From IMG/VR virus record IMGVR_UViG_3300035210_000190: 64,000 bases of DNA. One strand, 5' to 3'. Source of the DNA: a virus. Lineage: Duplodnaviria > Heunggongvirae > Uroviricota > Caudoviricetes. Under the pieces are notes generated by a model. That model worked only from the letters and a program-made list of their open reading frames with translations, was not told the DNA's origin and searched no databases. This document shows, piece by piece, positions 1-9,980 of the stretch; position 1 is the first letter of the stretch; the number at the start of each line of letters is the position of its first letter. The translations under genes were made by a program, and so were the position numbers.

Positions 1-399
1 GTGGTCACATTTGAAGTGACAGATTATGAGCAATGTAAAGCATTAGGCACAACCTCTTGGTGCATTGTTCGTGACGAAGATTATTTCGAACAGTATGTGA
101 CAGACAGAAAAAACAATCAATACATTATTTACGACTTCAATAAATTATCAACAGACATTGAGTCAATGGTTGGGTTTACGGTTGATAAAACTGGTAACAT
201 TTATGCTGAACATTGGAAGGATGATTCTTCGATAGGCCACTACAACAAAGCAGACAGCCTTGTTGCTATCCAAACAGACACTATTTACAAAAATCAAAAG
301 CGTCACTCGTTATCAGAAGAAACTATTGCTGATATGAAAGATATTCTTGGTATTAAGGATATCAAACAAACTAAACCTTTACAGATGAGATTTTCATGA
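1..399 (+). CDS. Partial (5'-truncated) protein with G-x-T-S-W-C-I motif; paralog of the C-terminus of 4409..6256 (module gene A)
   Basis: VVTFEVTDYEQCKALGTTSWCIVRDEDY aligns with VVTFAVKTYEQCEALGSTSWCIVRDQDY; overlaps next start (ATGA). Confidence 0.85.
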   Translation: MVTFEVTDYEQCKALGTTSWCIVRDEDYFEQYVTDRKNNQYIIYDFNKLSTDIESMVGFTVDKTGNIYAEHWKDDSSIGHYNKADSLVAIQTDTIYKNQKRHSLSEETIADMKDILGIKDIKQTKPLQMRFS

Positions 400-1781
400 A
401 AAAAGCAACTAGCGAAGAATTTATAGACTTATTAAATGAGTTCAAGTCAAAAAACAACATTGAAGATAACCGCTTTGATTATTACGCCACTTTCAAGTTC
501 TACAAATCAACATTCCTTGATGATTTTTATGACATCTCATTGATTAAAACTGATTATGATGAACATCCTGTCATGATTGGTTATTCTACTCGTAATTTAT
601 TAGTTAAGGATGATTTAATCAATAAATTTACTGAGTTGGACTCTCCCTCTAGACCAGATAGTGTTCCCATTATTAAAGATAAACATATTGAACAAATACA
701 GGAACTCAAGAAGATATTGGATGACAGTCATAGCTTTAAAGAATTCGTAGAACCTGCATTCAAATTTTTAGATGACCATAACAATGCTTCCAAGCTTACC
801 AAAGGTGTTCCATCTATCAAAATTATAGAACTGTTTGATGGTTTAAAAGAGGCATTGAGTAAAGAAGTTGTCAATGAAACATCCCTTCGTCATTACCTTG
901 ACGGATTAATTGATCAGTTATCCACTTCATTATACATTGAGAAGGAACTCAGCACTTATCAGTTGACGCATTTATTTAGAATTAGGACTACGGAAGATCC
1001 TGACACCATTATGAATACTTTCTATGAACGCTTTGATAAATACTTCGATTTATTTAAAGTGCAGCAATCTTTGATTATTGGCAGGCTGTTAAACGCTGAA
1101 ACAGAAGACGAAGTGCTAAACAAACCATTGCTTAATCAGTTCATAGAAGAAGCCAAGCTAAAGCACCCAGAATGGTTTAAAACGTTTGATGAATCGTTAA
1201 CCCACTGTATGACCGATGATAACGCTATCAGGTTCTCAGGTGTGCCTTTGGCTGACGCTACGCCTGACTTTGACCTTATAGAGCCTAAATCGTTTATGGC
1301 GACTGCCTACCCAAGCTATGCTGATGGATATTCTTATATATCTCCTAGATTTATTGAAGCTGAATTAAACTTTGTTCATTTGTATGGGGACAATGTTTTC
1401 TTTAAAGCTTACTATCATAATCTTCACATAGAGAAAGAGGCTGCACTTACTTATTGTAAAGGTGTTGATTCTGATGTGGCCTTTTGTATTAAGAACTCAG
1501 ACAGAAAAAACTTCATATTGCCGGTACTGGATTACTTGGATAAGAATAACATTATTATCGATCTCTCAAAAAACAGCACTCTTTATCATTACATTAACAG
1601 GGAGGACTTAGTGGAACTTGTTACATCTGAGTATCCTAATCTTATTTTAATCCATCATGATTTAGGGTTTAAAAAAATAGGAGCCATTACTCAATCTAAA
1701 TCATTTGAGGAAGCATTAGACAACTATCATAAAGATAAGCTAACATTGATTAAACCACTCAAAAACAAACCTACATTTTAA
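396..1781 (+). CDS. Hypothetical protein, paralog of 6253..7680 (module gene B)
   Basis: Shared MKKATSxEF start, FDYYAT, PEWFKxFDxSL, YGDNxFFKxYYHNL, YPNLIL blocks; coupled to gene A. Confidence 0.9.
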   Translation: MKKATSEEFIDLLNEFKSKNNIEDNRFDYYATFKFYKSTFLDDFYDISLIKTDYDEHPVMIGYSTRNLLVKDDLINKFTELDSPSRPDSVPIIKDKHIEQIQELKKILDDSHSFKEFVEPAFKFLDDHNNASKLTKGVPSIKIIELFDGLKEALSKEVVNETSLRHYLDGLIDQLSTSLYIEKELSTYQLTHLFRIRTTEDPDTIMNTFYERFDKYFDLFKVQQSLIIGRLLNAETEDEVLNKPLLNQFIEEAKLKHPEWFKTFDESLTHCMTDDNAIRFSGVPLADATPDFDLIEPKSFMATAYPSYADGYSYISPRFIEAELNFVHLYGDNVFFKAYYHNLHIEKEAALTYCKGVDSDVAFCIKNSDRKNFILPVLDYLDKNNIIIDLSKNSTLYHYINREDLVELVTSEYPNLILIHHDLGFKKIGAITQSKSFEEALDNYHKDKLTLIKPLKNKPTF

Positions 1782-1795
1782 TTTATTAAAATGAT

Positions 1796-1823
1796 TTGAC
1801 AATGTTAAATTTTAATCTATAAT
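1796..1823 (+). promoter_or_regulatory. Sigma70-type promoter for toxin-immunity pair 1
   Basis: TTGACA-16 nt-TATAAT upstream of 1873. Confidence 0.7.
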
Positions 1824-1872
1824 TTTCATTGTTTTATGAGAATAAAACAATTTATTATAGGATTATAATTAT

Positions 1873-2415
1873 ATGGATATATTATCAAAGAAAAGTTTTT
1901 TTCGTATGCTTTTGTGTTTTTTATTTCTCTTTCCTATTGTTGGAGAAGCTGGTATACTTAAAAGTGGTATAAAAAGTATTGTTGTTACTAAAATTGTAAA
2001 AAAAGCAGCTAAGAAAGTAGCAGCAAAGCAAGCAGCAAGAACAGTTTCACCCATAATAAAGAATGAGTTAAATGTCGTCAGATATGGATCTAAAAAGAAT
2101 TTTCGTACTAGAGGTTTAGATTATCATCATATTCCATCTGCTAAACAAATGGAAGCTTATGGTGTAAAGGCGAAAGATGGTGTATCTGTTGGTATGGAGC
2201 ATGGAAGACACACATTAACAAGAACTCATGGTCATCTTAATAAAGATATTTTAATTAAAGGAGAAAAGCCAAGAGAAGCATTAGCAAGAGATATAAAAAA
2301 TCAAAGATCTATATATAGAAATGATAATCTTTATGATAAAAGTGTAAGAGAATCATTGAAAGAAACGATAAAACTAAATAAAGAATTACATCCAACTTTG
2401 TTTAAAAAACCATAG
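1873..2415 (+). CDS. Putative secreted His-Me finger (HNH-like) nuclease toxin
   Basis: Basic/hydrophobic signal peptide ending GEA|GI, Lys/Ala-rich linker, GLDYHHIPS...GVSVGMEHGRHTLTRTHG...LARDI motif resembling Rhs-type C-terminal nuclease toxins. Confidence 0.65.
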   Translation: MDILSKKSFFRMLLCFLFLFPIVGEAGILKSGIKSIVVTKIVKKAAKKVAAKQAARTVSPIIKNELNVVRYGSKKNFRTRGLDYHHIPSAKQMEAYGVKAKDGVSVGMEHGRHTLTRTHGHLNKDILIKGEKPREALARDIKNQRSIYRNDNLYDKSVRESLKETIKLNKELHPTLFKKP

Positions 2416-2422
2416 GTGATAT

Positions 2423-2857
2423 ATGAAGAAACCAAATGAAAAACAAATTAAAAAATATTTATTAAATGTAGATGAGCATTTTCAGGAGTTAATTGATGCT
2501 ATTGTATATTATGATTCAAATGAGATGGATGACTGGGCTACTGATATTATTGGAGCAATTGAGGAAAAATCTCTTGTTGAAACATTTGAATTACTATTAA
2601 GTGATTTAAAAAATAGAAAAAAAAGTGATTTTGATGCTTATTTTTATTGTACTCTTTGGTTGGCACTCATTAATGAGCAAGACGAAGAAATTACAAACAT
2701 GTTTATTCATGAAATTAAAGAAGAAAAAAATAAAGATCTTCAATGGTTTTTAAGTTATTCTCTTGAAAAAATGGAAAAAGATCCTGACCCTGATGCTGAT
2801 TTTTTTGACGTTGACACCGTTGCTTACATAAAAAATATTTTAGATCAATCTATTTAA
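2423..2857 (+). CDS. Putative cognate immunity protein
   Basis: Small acidic helical protein 7 nt downstream of the toxin ORF with similar AT-rich composition; inferred from position. Confidence 0.55.
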   Translation: MKKPNEKQIKKYLLNVDEHFQELIDAIVYYDSNEMDDWATDIIGAIEEKSLVETFELLLSDLKNRKKSDFDAYFYCTLWLALINEQDEEITNMFIHEIKEEKNKDLQWFLSYSLEKMEKDPDPDADFFDVDTVAYIKNILDQSI

Positions 2858-2917
2858 AAGTTAATGATTTATCTAGTGATTCATGATATAATACCTTTTC
2901 TAATGAAGAGGTTTTTT

Positions 2918-3319
2918 ATGAAATTTGAGCTAACTCCTGTGGATCAAGACATTGCTCCACGTTTTGAAATCACTATTGAATACATTCATGGGGCTACTGA
3001 CTATACTGTCCGTCATGAAACAGCTATTGTTCCTAGTGGAGATTTAAATGATCTCGAAAAATACATCTCTCGCTTTAATGAACTTAGAGATATGGTTGAA
3101 GCAAACCGATCAGACGGAGTTGAATATCCAGTAGAGTACAGAGGCGACTTTGAAGATTACTTCTCCAGTTTTGATGTTGACGGTCTTGATAATGTTTCCA
3201 TTGATTTAATTAATGATGAAACCAATGATGACTTTGATTGTTTTGCCCGAATGGCTATCAATAAAATTGTTTACTACAATGAACATGGTGTTAAGTTTGA
3301 TGTGAAGCAGACAGATTGA
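2918..3319 (+). CDS. Acidic hypothetical protein, paralog of 7789..8193 (module gene C)
   Basis: GAGG RBS before ATG 2918; MxFEL...PRFEI.I.Y.HG..D and YxExGxKF shared; leader CCTTTTCTAAxGAAGAGG also shared. Confidence 0.85.
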   Translation: MKFELTPVDQDIAPRFEITIEYIHGATDYTVRHETAIVPSGDLNDLEKYISRFNELRDMVEANRSDGVEYPVEYRGDFEDYFSSFDVDGLDNVSIDLINDETNDDFDCFARMAINKIVYYNEHGVKFDVKQTD

Positions 3320-3386
3320 CTTAGCAACTCAATTCAGTCTATAATGCCAGCAGTATTTTTACTATTAAAATGAAGGTAACGACATA

Positions 3387-4355
3387 ATGTTTGCAGACTA
3401 TATCGAAAATATTCAATACGCATCTTCTGATTACAGGAAGCGTGATCGATTTCTGGCTAAAAATGTCGTTATCCGACTTCCTTATTTGTCTCCACAGCAT
3501 TTTGTTGACTACTCCAAAAACCCTTCAAAGGTTGTAGAAGAATTAGAAGAATTTATGAAGCCTATTATAGAATCTTCTGGTACGTGTCTATTCTTCTCAG
3601 ATTTTATAAGTAAAGATTCTGTTTACACTATTTATAAGATAAAAAGAGAAAATTCGAGTGCTGCCCTTACAGATTTTCTTGAGGAAAGCTTTCAAACAGC
3701 TAAGCAGGATGATCTGATCATTCGATCACAATTGTCAGATTCTTTCGAAAAGATTTTTGATGGTTTATTTGTTGGAGAAACGTTTAAACAACGATTTCTG
3801 ACTGACTTAAAGACGAAAAGCGTTTCTACTGATTTTTCTATTTCAGGGTCTTTGGCACCTGATCGATTAATCAAAAAATCTGGTCATTATTTTGTTAATA
3901 TAAATATCAGGTTTACCCCAGAACATGAAGCTTTTTTAAGAAAAGTTTTAAATATCACCACCAATGTTGAACTCTTATATAGGGGTTATGTATACTTTAA
4001 ATCTGACTTCACTGTAAAAGAGTTTAAATTTAAATTGTTTTCAGCCACTGATCTTCATCGTGAACATTTTGAGTATTCTCGATCATCACCTACATATGGG
4101 TTTATTACCACTGAAAAAAAAGCAAAACCTTATGCCTACGATCAAAAGCCTAAATTATTTTTCAAGCACTTTACTCCTGATGAGTATAAATCCATCTTAT
4201 ATCAACTTCTAAAATTTCTGAATGATTCAGAAACGCTTGCTAAATATTCAGAATTATTGCCTGAACTGTATAGGCCGTCAGCCTATGACTTTTCCAGTCT
4301 ATCTATGGATGAGTTGGATACTCGTTTGATACTTCAAGACATGATTGACATTTAA
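3387..4355 (+). CDS. Hypothetical protein with C-terminal LPEL..SAYDF...DMIDI motif
   Basis: 322-aa ORF, upstream TATAAT and GAAGG RBS; C-terminus matches 13641..14393 and 20042..20737. Confidence 0.85.
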   Translation: MFADYIENIQYASSDYRKRDRFLAKNVVIRLPYLSPQHFVDYSKNPSKVVEELEEFMKPIIESSGTCLFFSDFISKDSVYTIYKIKRENSSAALTDFLEESFQTAKQDDLIIRSQLSDSFEKIFDGLFVGETFKQRFLTDLKTKSVSTDFSISGSLAPDRLIKKSGHYFVNINIRFTPEHEAFLRKVLNITTNVELLYRGYVYFKSDFTVKEFKFKLFSATDLHREHFEYSRSSPTYGFITTEKKAKPYAYDQKPKLFFKHFTPDEYKSILYQLLKFLNDSETLAKYSELLPELYRPSAYDFSSLSMDELDTRLILQDMIDI

Positions 4356-4408
4356 TAATTATATTTTTATGGTATACTATTATTAATTAATTTATTGTTT
4401 ATATATAT

Positions 4409-6256
4409 ATGGATTTGAAAGAAAGTTTAAAACAGATTACACACTTAGCCACTAGACTTGCACCCGATGGTTGGGAAGCTGTAAATTCTTATAATTTTTT
4501 ACATTATAACGAAATGACATTTATACCAGAGTTGAAAAAAAATAAAGCCAATAGAATATTAACTAATGTTCCAACTATAAAAGATACAATTGCTAAATTG
4601 TCTGGCTATGTTGACACCATCCTATCCACGGATGTATCTTCTCTAACTAGCGAATTTGATGTTGACCTTTATGCTTCAAAGGTTACACCAGATTCTTTTG
4701 AAAAAAACCACATTATGTTAATGACGGCTCTTCAAGATGAGGTAAATTCCGTATGGTCTGATTTTTATTATTCACAAATGGCCGGGTCTTATGAATTTAA
4801 TGAGGATATGTCGGAGACACTTGCTCAGCAAATCCAATCAATAAAAGAAATTTCAAAAAGAATTGAAAAACAATATGTTGAAGTCAATAAATTTTTAATG
4901 TTTAACTACACATTAACTAATCAATTAGGGATTTCCTTGCTTCATAAAGATGACAAATCTTATGTTGTTGACTCTATCGAAAATTATATAAAAAACAATA
5001 CTCCTGACATGAACAACTTAACGAAGTTATATGACGAATATACCGTTGCTAATCAGACATTCTTAGATACTGTTAAAGTTGAACTTACTAAAATCAATCC
5101 TTCAATGTTTATTACGAATGCAGATTTGTTTATAGAGACTTTAAATAAAAATAATGATACATCATCTGTTGAAGGTTTTCTTATTGAAAAAATGTTAACT
5201 GATGATTCTGTTTATACGTCTGTTGATTTCACTGCAGCACAAAAAATTAATAAAGTTGTATTGTTTGACGACGCCAGTATTGCGTACAAAAGGGATGGTC
5301 AATATCACACATTCAAGGATACTACATCATTGAAAGAGTTTATCAGTGACCTTCACAATGATGCTCTCGCTTATTTGTTAAGAAAGAAACCGAAGACAAT
5401 CAGTTTCTTCCAAGATAAGTTAAAAGAAGATGTAAGCTATAACAACTCCATTACTGCAGCTACTTCATTTTTAGATAACCACTCAGTTCTAAAACAATAT
5501 AATGTTGATTTGAATGCTTGGAAGGATAAAACATTTGAATCAATAGATGACGATATTAACCACATAGTCAACAAAAATAAAATAAAACAATTTGCATTTA
5601 GTATTCTTAGTGCTAAATATAAACATTTATTTAATGATATCACAGAGCCTCATTTTAAAGCCTTATATGACAACAATGTAACAACTAGTCAATTACAAAC
5701 ATTTGTGGGCAAAAAACTGGCTGCACTTGATTCTAATGAAGATGTCATTTCTATGTTGAGTGGAATACTTAATCATTTTGATGGATTTACACAAGAAGCC
5801 TTATCTGAAAAATTAGCGGCATTGGGTATAAATAAACTTCATGATGATAATAATGTTGTTACTTTTGCGGTTAAGACTTATGAGCAATGTGAAGCATTAG
5901 GTTCAACGTCTTGGTGTATTGTCAGAGATCAAGATTACTATGATCAGTATGTTACTGACCATCGTAATATTCAGTATATTCTGTATGACTTCAACAAAGC
6001 TTCAACTGATATTAATTCCATGATTGGGTTTACTGTTGATAAATCGGGTTCAATTTATGCTGAACATCTTAAAAATGATGACACTATTAATTCATATGAT
6101 AAATCAGATGAGCTTGAACATATACAAACAAATACTATTTATACGAATAGAAAACAACACAAACTATCAGAAGAGAAACTTTTTGAAATGGAAGAATCTC
6201 TTAATTTTAGAGATGTTAAAAAAGTAACTAAACCTTTAAAAATGAGAAATATATGA
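4409..6256 (+). CDS. Large hypothetical protein with C-terminal GSTSWCI domain (module gene A')
   Basis: 615-aa ORF; last ~135 aa homologous to 1..399. Confidence 0.9.
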   Translation: MDLKESLKQITHLATRLAPDGWEAVNSYNFLHYNEMTFIPELKKNKANRILTNVPTIKDTIAKLSGYVDTILSTDVSSLTSEFDVDLYASKVTPDSFEKNHIMLMTALQDEVNSVWSDFYYSQMAGSYEFNEDMSETLAQQIQSIKEISKRIEKQYVEVNKFLMFNYTLTNQLGISLLHKDDKSYVVDSIENYIKNNTPDMNNLTKLYDEYTVANQTFLDTVKVELTKINPSMFITNADLFIETLNKNNDTSSVEGFLIEKMLTDDSVYTSVDFTAAQKINKVVLFDDASIAYKRDGQYHTFKDTTSLKEFISDLHNDALAYLLRKKPKTISFFQDKLKEDVSYNNSITAATSFLDNHSVLKQYNVDLNAWKDKTFESIDDDINHIVNKNKIKQFAFSILSAKYKHLFNDITEPHFKALYDNNVTTSQLQTFVGKKLAALDSNEDVISMLSGILNHFDGFTQEALSEKLAALGINKLHDDNNVVTFAVKTYEQCEALGSTSWCIVRDQDYYDQYVTDHRNIQYILYDFNKASTDINSMIGFTVDKSGSIYAEHLKNDDTINSYDKSDELEHIQTNTIYTNRKQHKLSEEKLFEMEESLNFRDVKKVTKPLKMRNI

Positions 6257-7680
6257 AAAAAGCTACATCACAAGAATTCTTATCTTCATTAACAGATTTT
6301 AAATCAACACATGCTATCACTGATAGTAACTTTGATTATTACGCCACGATTAAATTTTGCCAATCTACTTTTCTCAACGATTATTATAATTTGTCTATTG
6401 TGAAAACAGATTCTGCAAAGCATCCTATTTTATTACAATATCATAACAAAAATTTTGTTGTAAAGCTGGATGATTCTATATTTTTTGAGTTACATAAAGG
6501 AGAAATCAATAATTCTGTACCTGTATTAAGAAAAGAAGATCATTTAAATGCCGAAAAAATGTTAGCTATTTTAAAAGGAAGCCATTCTTTTAAATCTTTT
6601 GTTGAGAACTTCAAACAAGAATATAGTCAGAATATTGATTCCTCCGATACTGACCGAATATCATATAGACTGTTAGCTTTCAATATTGCCAATACCCTTG
6701 AAAATTTGGAAACAACGTTAAAGGAAGCTCGACCAAAAGAAAATACTGTTAAGCATCATTTTGAGCAATTAAAAGAACAGTTAGCTTCTGAAATATTATT
6801 GGGTTCCGATTTTAGTGTCTACCAAATGTCTCAGAAGTTTAGATCTTTTGTGGTTGTTACTGATGAAGGGTATTCTGGGCCATATGAAACAAGTTATGAT
6901 AAATTAATGGACAGTTACTATACGTCTCTTGATCAATATTTTGATTTATTTAAATTTCAGCAAGTTTTGAAAACAGGTCTATTACTTAATGCTAAAACAG
7001 AAGAAGAGTTATTAAACACACCAGTGTTAAACGAATTCATAGATAGTCTAAAATCAAGTTATCCAGAATGGTTTAAATCTTTTGATGATTCCTTGGTTCA
7101 TTCTGTAATAGATGATAATGGTATTAGAGCAATGGGTGTTTCTTTGTTAGAAGCTACTGCTGACTTCGATCTATTAAGTTCTAAATCTTTTGTAATATCC
7201 GCTTATCCTACCTATACGGATGGTTATACACACATCTCAGGCCACTTTATGCAATCTGAAACCAATAGTGTTCATATATATGGTGATAACATATTTTTCA
7301 AACCTTATTATCACAATTTAACTATTATTGATAAAGCTGATTTGAAAATTTGCACTTATATTCAATCTGATATTGCTTTTGCTATACCTGATGAAAAGAA
7401 AATTGATTATCTTTTACCTGTGTTAGATTACTTCGAAAAAAATCAAATTGTCCTTGATTTAGATGATAGTAATTGTTCATTCTTATATCATATAAGAAAA
7501 GATGAACTACATAAACTTGTTCAAGAACAATATCCTAATCTTATATTGTTGAATGGTGATATAGACATGAAAAAATCTATAGAAATCCACCATTCGAAAA
7601 ACTTTAAAGAAGCGTTTAAAATCTATAAACAAGATGACACCCCGACTCCAAAAAAGACAAAATCAAAAAACGCCTTGTAA
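6253..7680 (+). CDS. Hypothetical protein, paralog of 396..1781 (module gene B')
   Basis: Full-length similarity to 396..1781; overlapping start/stop; hairpin AAAAACGCC..GGTGTTTTT at the stop. Confidence 0.9.
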   Translation: MKKATSQEFLSSLTDFKSTHAITDSNFDYYATIKFCQSTFLNDYYNLSIVKTDSAKHPILLQYHNKNFVVKLDDSIFFELHKGEINNSVPVLRKEDHLNAEKMLAILKGSHSFKSFVENFKQEYSQNIDSSDTDRISYRLLAFNIANTLENLETTLKEARPKENTVKHHFEQLKEQLASEILLGSDFSVYQMSQKFRSFVVVTDEGYSGPYETSYDKLMDSYYTSLDQYFDLFKFQQVLKTGLLLNAKTEEELLNTPVLNEFIDSLKSSYPEWFKSFDDSLVHSVIDDNGIRAMGVSLLEATADFDLLSSKSFVISAYPTYTDGYTHISGHFMQSETNSVHIYGDNIFFKPYYHNLTIIDKADLKICTYIQSDIAFAIPDEKKIDYLLPVLDYFEKNQIVLDLDDSNCSFLYHIRKDELHKLVQEQYPNLILLNGDIDMKKSIEIHHSKNFKEAFKIYKQDDTPTPKKTKSKNAL

Positions 7681-7788
7681 GGTGTTTTTTTATAGATAAC
7701 ATTTTAATTTCAGCTATAAATGTTAACAATAACTTGTATTTTTGACTGTATTTTGGTATAATCCCTTTTCTAACGAAGAGGCTTTTTT

Positions 7789-8193
7789 ATGCAATTTGAA
7801 TTGAAATCCATTGTAAAAAATGTGCTACCACGCTTTGAAATTGAAGTTGATTATGAGCATGGTGATTCCGATCACAGCAATTCAAGCTGGACAGAAATTC
7901 GTAGTGGTGAATTGACGGATCTCGAAAAGTACATTCTTTTATTTGATGAACTCAAAACTGCCATTCGTGAAAACAGACAGCAAAGTTCTCCATTTCCCGA
8001 TAAATTTTTGGCTGATATCAACAACTGGGAATTTAACTTTCAGGTTGATATTGATGGTGATCCTGTCTATATTGAAATTGAACGTGATGCCACTGCTCAT
8101 GAATCCATGTTGTATTTTGCAGACATGACAATGATGCAAGTTTTATTTTATGATGAAAAAGGCGAAAAATTTCAAGTTTACTGGCGAGATTGA
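7789..8193 (+). CDS. Acidic hypothetical protein, paralog of 2918..3319 (module gene C')
   Basis: Own promoter (GGTATAAT) and GAGG RBS; shared motifs. Confidence 0.85.
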   Translation: MQFELKSIVKNVLPRFEIEVDYEHGDSDHSNSSWTEIRSGELTDLEKYILLFDELKTAIRENRQQSSPFPDKFLADINNWEFNFQVDIDGDPVYIEIERDATAHESMLYFADMTMMQVLFYDEKGEKFQVYWRD

Positions 8194-8213
8194 ATTTCAT
8201 TTTGAATTTCTTA

Positions 8214-8233
8214 AAGGTCACTTCGGTGGCCTT
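8214..8233 (+). terminator. Intrinsic terminator hairpin, identical to the copy at 33253..33272
   Basis: AAGGTCAC-TTCG-GTGGCCTT. Confidence 0.75.
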
Positions 8234-8336
8234 ATTTGTTTTTCAAATAAGATCAACGGTCGTTTTTTCTGCCTTATTTAATTGACCAAATTCCAGAATT
8301 TTGTTATCATCGAGCAAATTATTAGAGGTGTCAATT

Positions 8337-9113
8337 ATGCAAACAAACAAGAGAGCGTCATTTTATACTGATATTTCAAAGCAGCAGGAGTTCATAGCCC
8401 GGTTGAATGCCATTCTAAATGAACCTGACAGCAGTATTTCAAACTGTTACCTCGCACGTTCGACATCTGATCGTTATTGTTTGTTTATTACGCCTTTTAA
8501 TGCTCAGTATGACTTTACGACCATCACGTTTGATTTTTGCAATTTCTTTTCAAATTCTACGGTCAAAGATGACGACTTCTACAGTCGGTATGTGGATCAA
8601 GGTCTTTCAAAAACGGATGTTGATCGCCTCAGTGATTTGCTGGATGAATTCGCCTTTGAAAACTTCTATGAAGGTCTGTTCTTTGCTTCTAAGTTCTTTG
8701 AGCCTGAATTGAACCCTTTAAAGGTTAATAGCCTCTATTTCAAGTTTACTGCCAATGAAGAAGATCGCCTTGAATTGATTGATGGTAAGAAACTTGAAAA
8801 ACATTATTCTGTGACTACCCGTCAAAATCTGGCTTATGAATTGAGCCGAGATAAAAGTATTGATTTGAATGCTAACCTCATCAAGTGTAATACTTACAGT
8901 TTCTCACAATACAAAAAATTGGATTTCTGCCTCCGGGAAATCAAGAAAACTAATGGCAACTATCCAACTGTAGAAAAATTGGTTGTTGTTCAGTATCGTG
9001 ACCTTGAATACTACAACAGCTATATTCAGAGTGTTTTTGCACTTGTTGATGATGAGTTGGATGAAGTTGACATTAAAGATATTGTTAATACGGCAGAAGT
9101 AGAAGAAGACTAA
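8337..9113 (+). CDS. Hypothetical protein
   Basis: TTGACC-17-TATCAT promoter (8282..8310); GAGGTG RBS favours ATG 8337. Confidence 0.8.
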   Translation: MQTNKRASFYTDISKQQEFIARLNAILNEPDSSISNCYLARSTSDRYCLFITPFNAQYDFTTITFDFCNFFSNSTVKDDDFYSRYVDQGLSKTDVDRLSDLLDEFAFENFYEGLFFASKFFEPELNPLKVNSLYFKFTANEEDRLELIDGKKLEKHYSVTTRQNLAYELSRDKSIDLNANLIKCNTYSFSQYKKLDFCLREIKKTNGNYPTVEKLVVVQYRDLEYYNSYIQSVFALVDDELDEVDIKDIVNTAEVEED

Positions 9114-9159
9114 TATTACTTATAGGAGATACACATGATAACGAGAGGACTACTCAGAG

Positions 9160-9498
9160 ATGAACCTTAAAAATGATTTTTACTACACAGTGCTTAAAGA
9201 TACAGAAAATGACATTGTTCTTCATATGGTGACCAAAAAGACATGGGATACTGAAGCTCTTATGGATCATCCTGATGTCATGGAAGAATATTCTAGACAA
9301 TTTACGTTGCCGGGATACATTTTCGAAGTATCCGGTATGAATGGTGATGATTGTCTTGATACCATTGACCGTGTGGATGGAAAACCAGTCGATGGTCAGC
9401 AATTGTTGAATGATTTGAAATCGAATGGCTATACAGTCAATGATGATTTTGGTAAACATCTTGAACATTCATCCGATGGGTATTTTGTAAAGGTGTAA
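9160..9498 (+). CDS. Hypothetical acidic protein
   Basis: 112-aa ORF followed by a terminator. Confidence 0.75.
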   Translation: MNLKNDFYYTVLKDTENDIVLHMVTKKTWDTEALMDHPDVMEEYSRQFTLPGYIFEVSGMNGDDCLDTIDRVDGKPVDGQQLLNDLKSNGYTVNDDFGKHLEHSSDGYFVKV

Positions 9499-9522
9499 AA
9501 AAGAGGCTTCGGCCTCTTTTTT
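9497..9522. terminator. Bidirectional intrinsic terminator (recurrent GAGGC-TTCG-GCCTC family)
   Basis: AAAAAAGAGGC-TTCG-GCCTCTTTTTT between convergent genes. Confidence 0.9.
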
Positions 9523-9865
9523 AATGCCCACTTGTTTTTGAGAACATGTTGATGATGATGACACCCGTTACGATGAACGCTATACCCGTCATCGCTGGCA
9601 CATCTATTTTCTGGTTAAATACCACTAGTCCTATCAATGCAGTTGCCACAATACCTACACCAGCCCATATGGCGTAAGCAATGCCCAATGGAACGACTTT
9701 AAGTGATTGTGATAGACAATATAAGGAAGTCACAAAGAAGACTGCCATAAAGGCCGTAGGAATGAGTTTGCTGAACTGTTCGCTTTTGTTTAATAAGGTG
9801 GTTCCTATAAGTTCGCAGATAATTGCCGAAGTTAAATACAGGTATGCTACATAGATTGGGTTCAT
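9521..9865 (-). CDS. emrE: Small multidrug resistance (SMR) transporter, EmrE/QacE-like
   Basis: 114 aa, four hydrophobic segments, membrane Glu in AIICELIGT, PLGIAYAIWAGVG signature; own TTGACA-16-TATACT promoter on the minus strand. Confidence 0.9.
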   Translation of the reverse strand: MNPIYVAYLYLTSAIICELIGTTLLNKSEQFSKLIPTAFMAVFFVTSLYCLSQSLKVVPLGIAYAIWAGVGIVATALIGLVVFNQKIDVPAMTGIAFIVTGVIIINMFSKTSGH

Positions 9866-9980
9866 GATAATTTGTCTAAAGTTTAATCATAATAGTATAT
9901 ATTTTGCTAAAATATTGTCAAATACCACTTTACTTTTTATTTCATTTATGGTAAAATTATGAAACCTATTTGGAGGCTTT

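Noticed and set aside
4409-6256. PcfJ-like or toxin annotation for the GSTSWCI domain
   Set aside because: Resemblance limited to a short Cys motif; cannot be supported without a profile search
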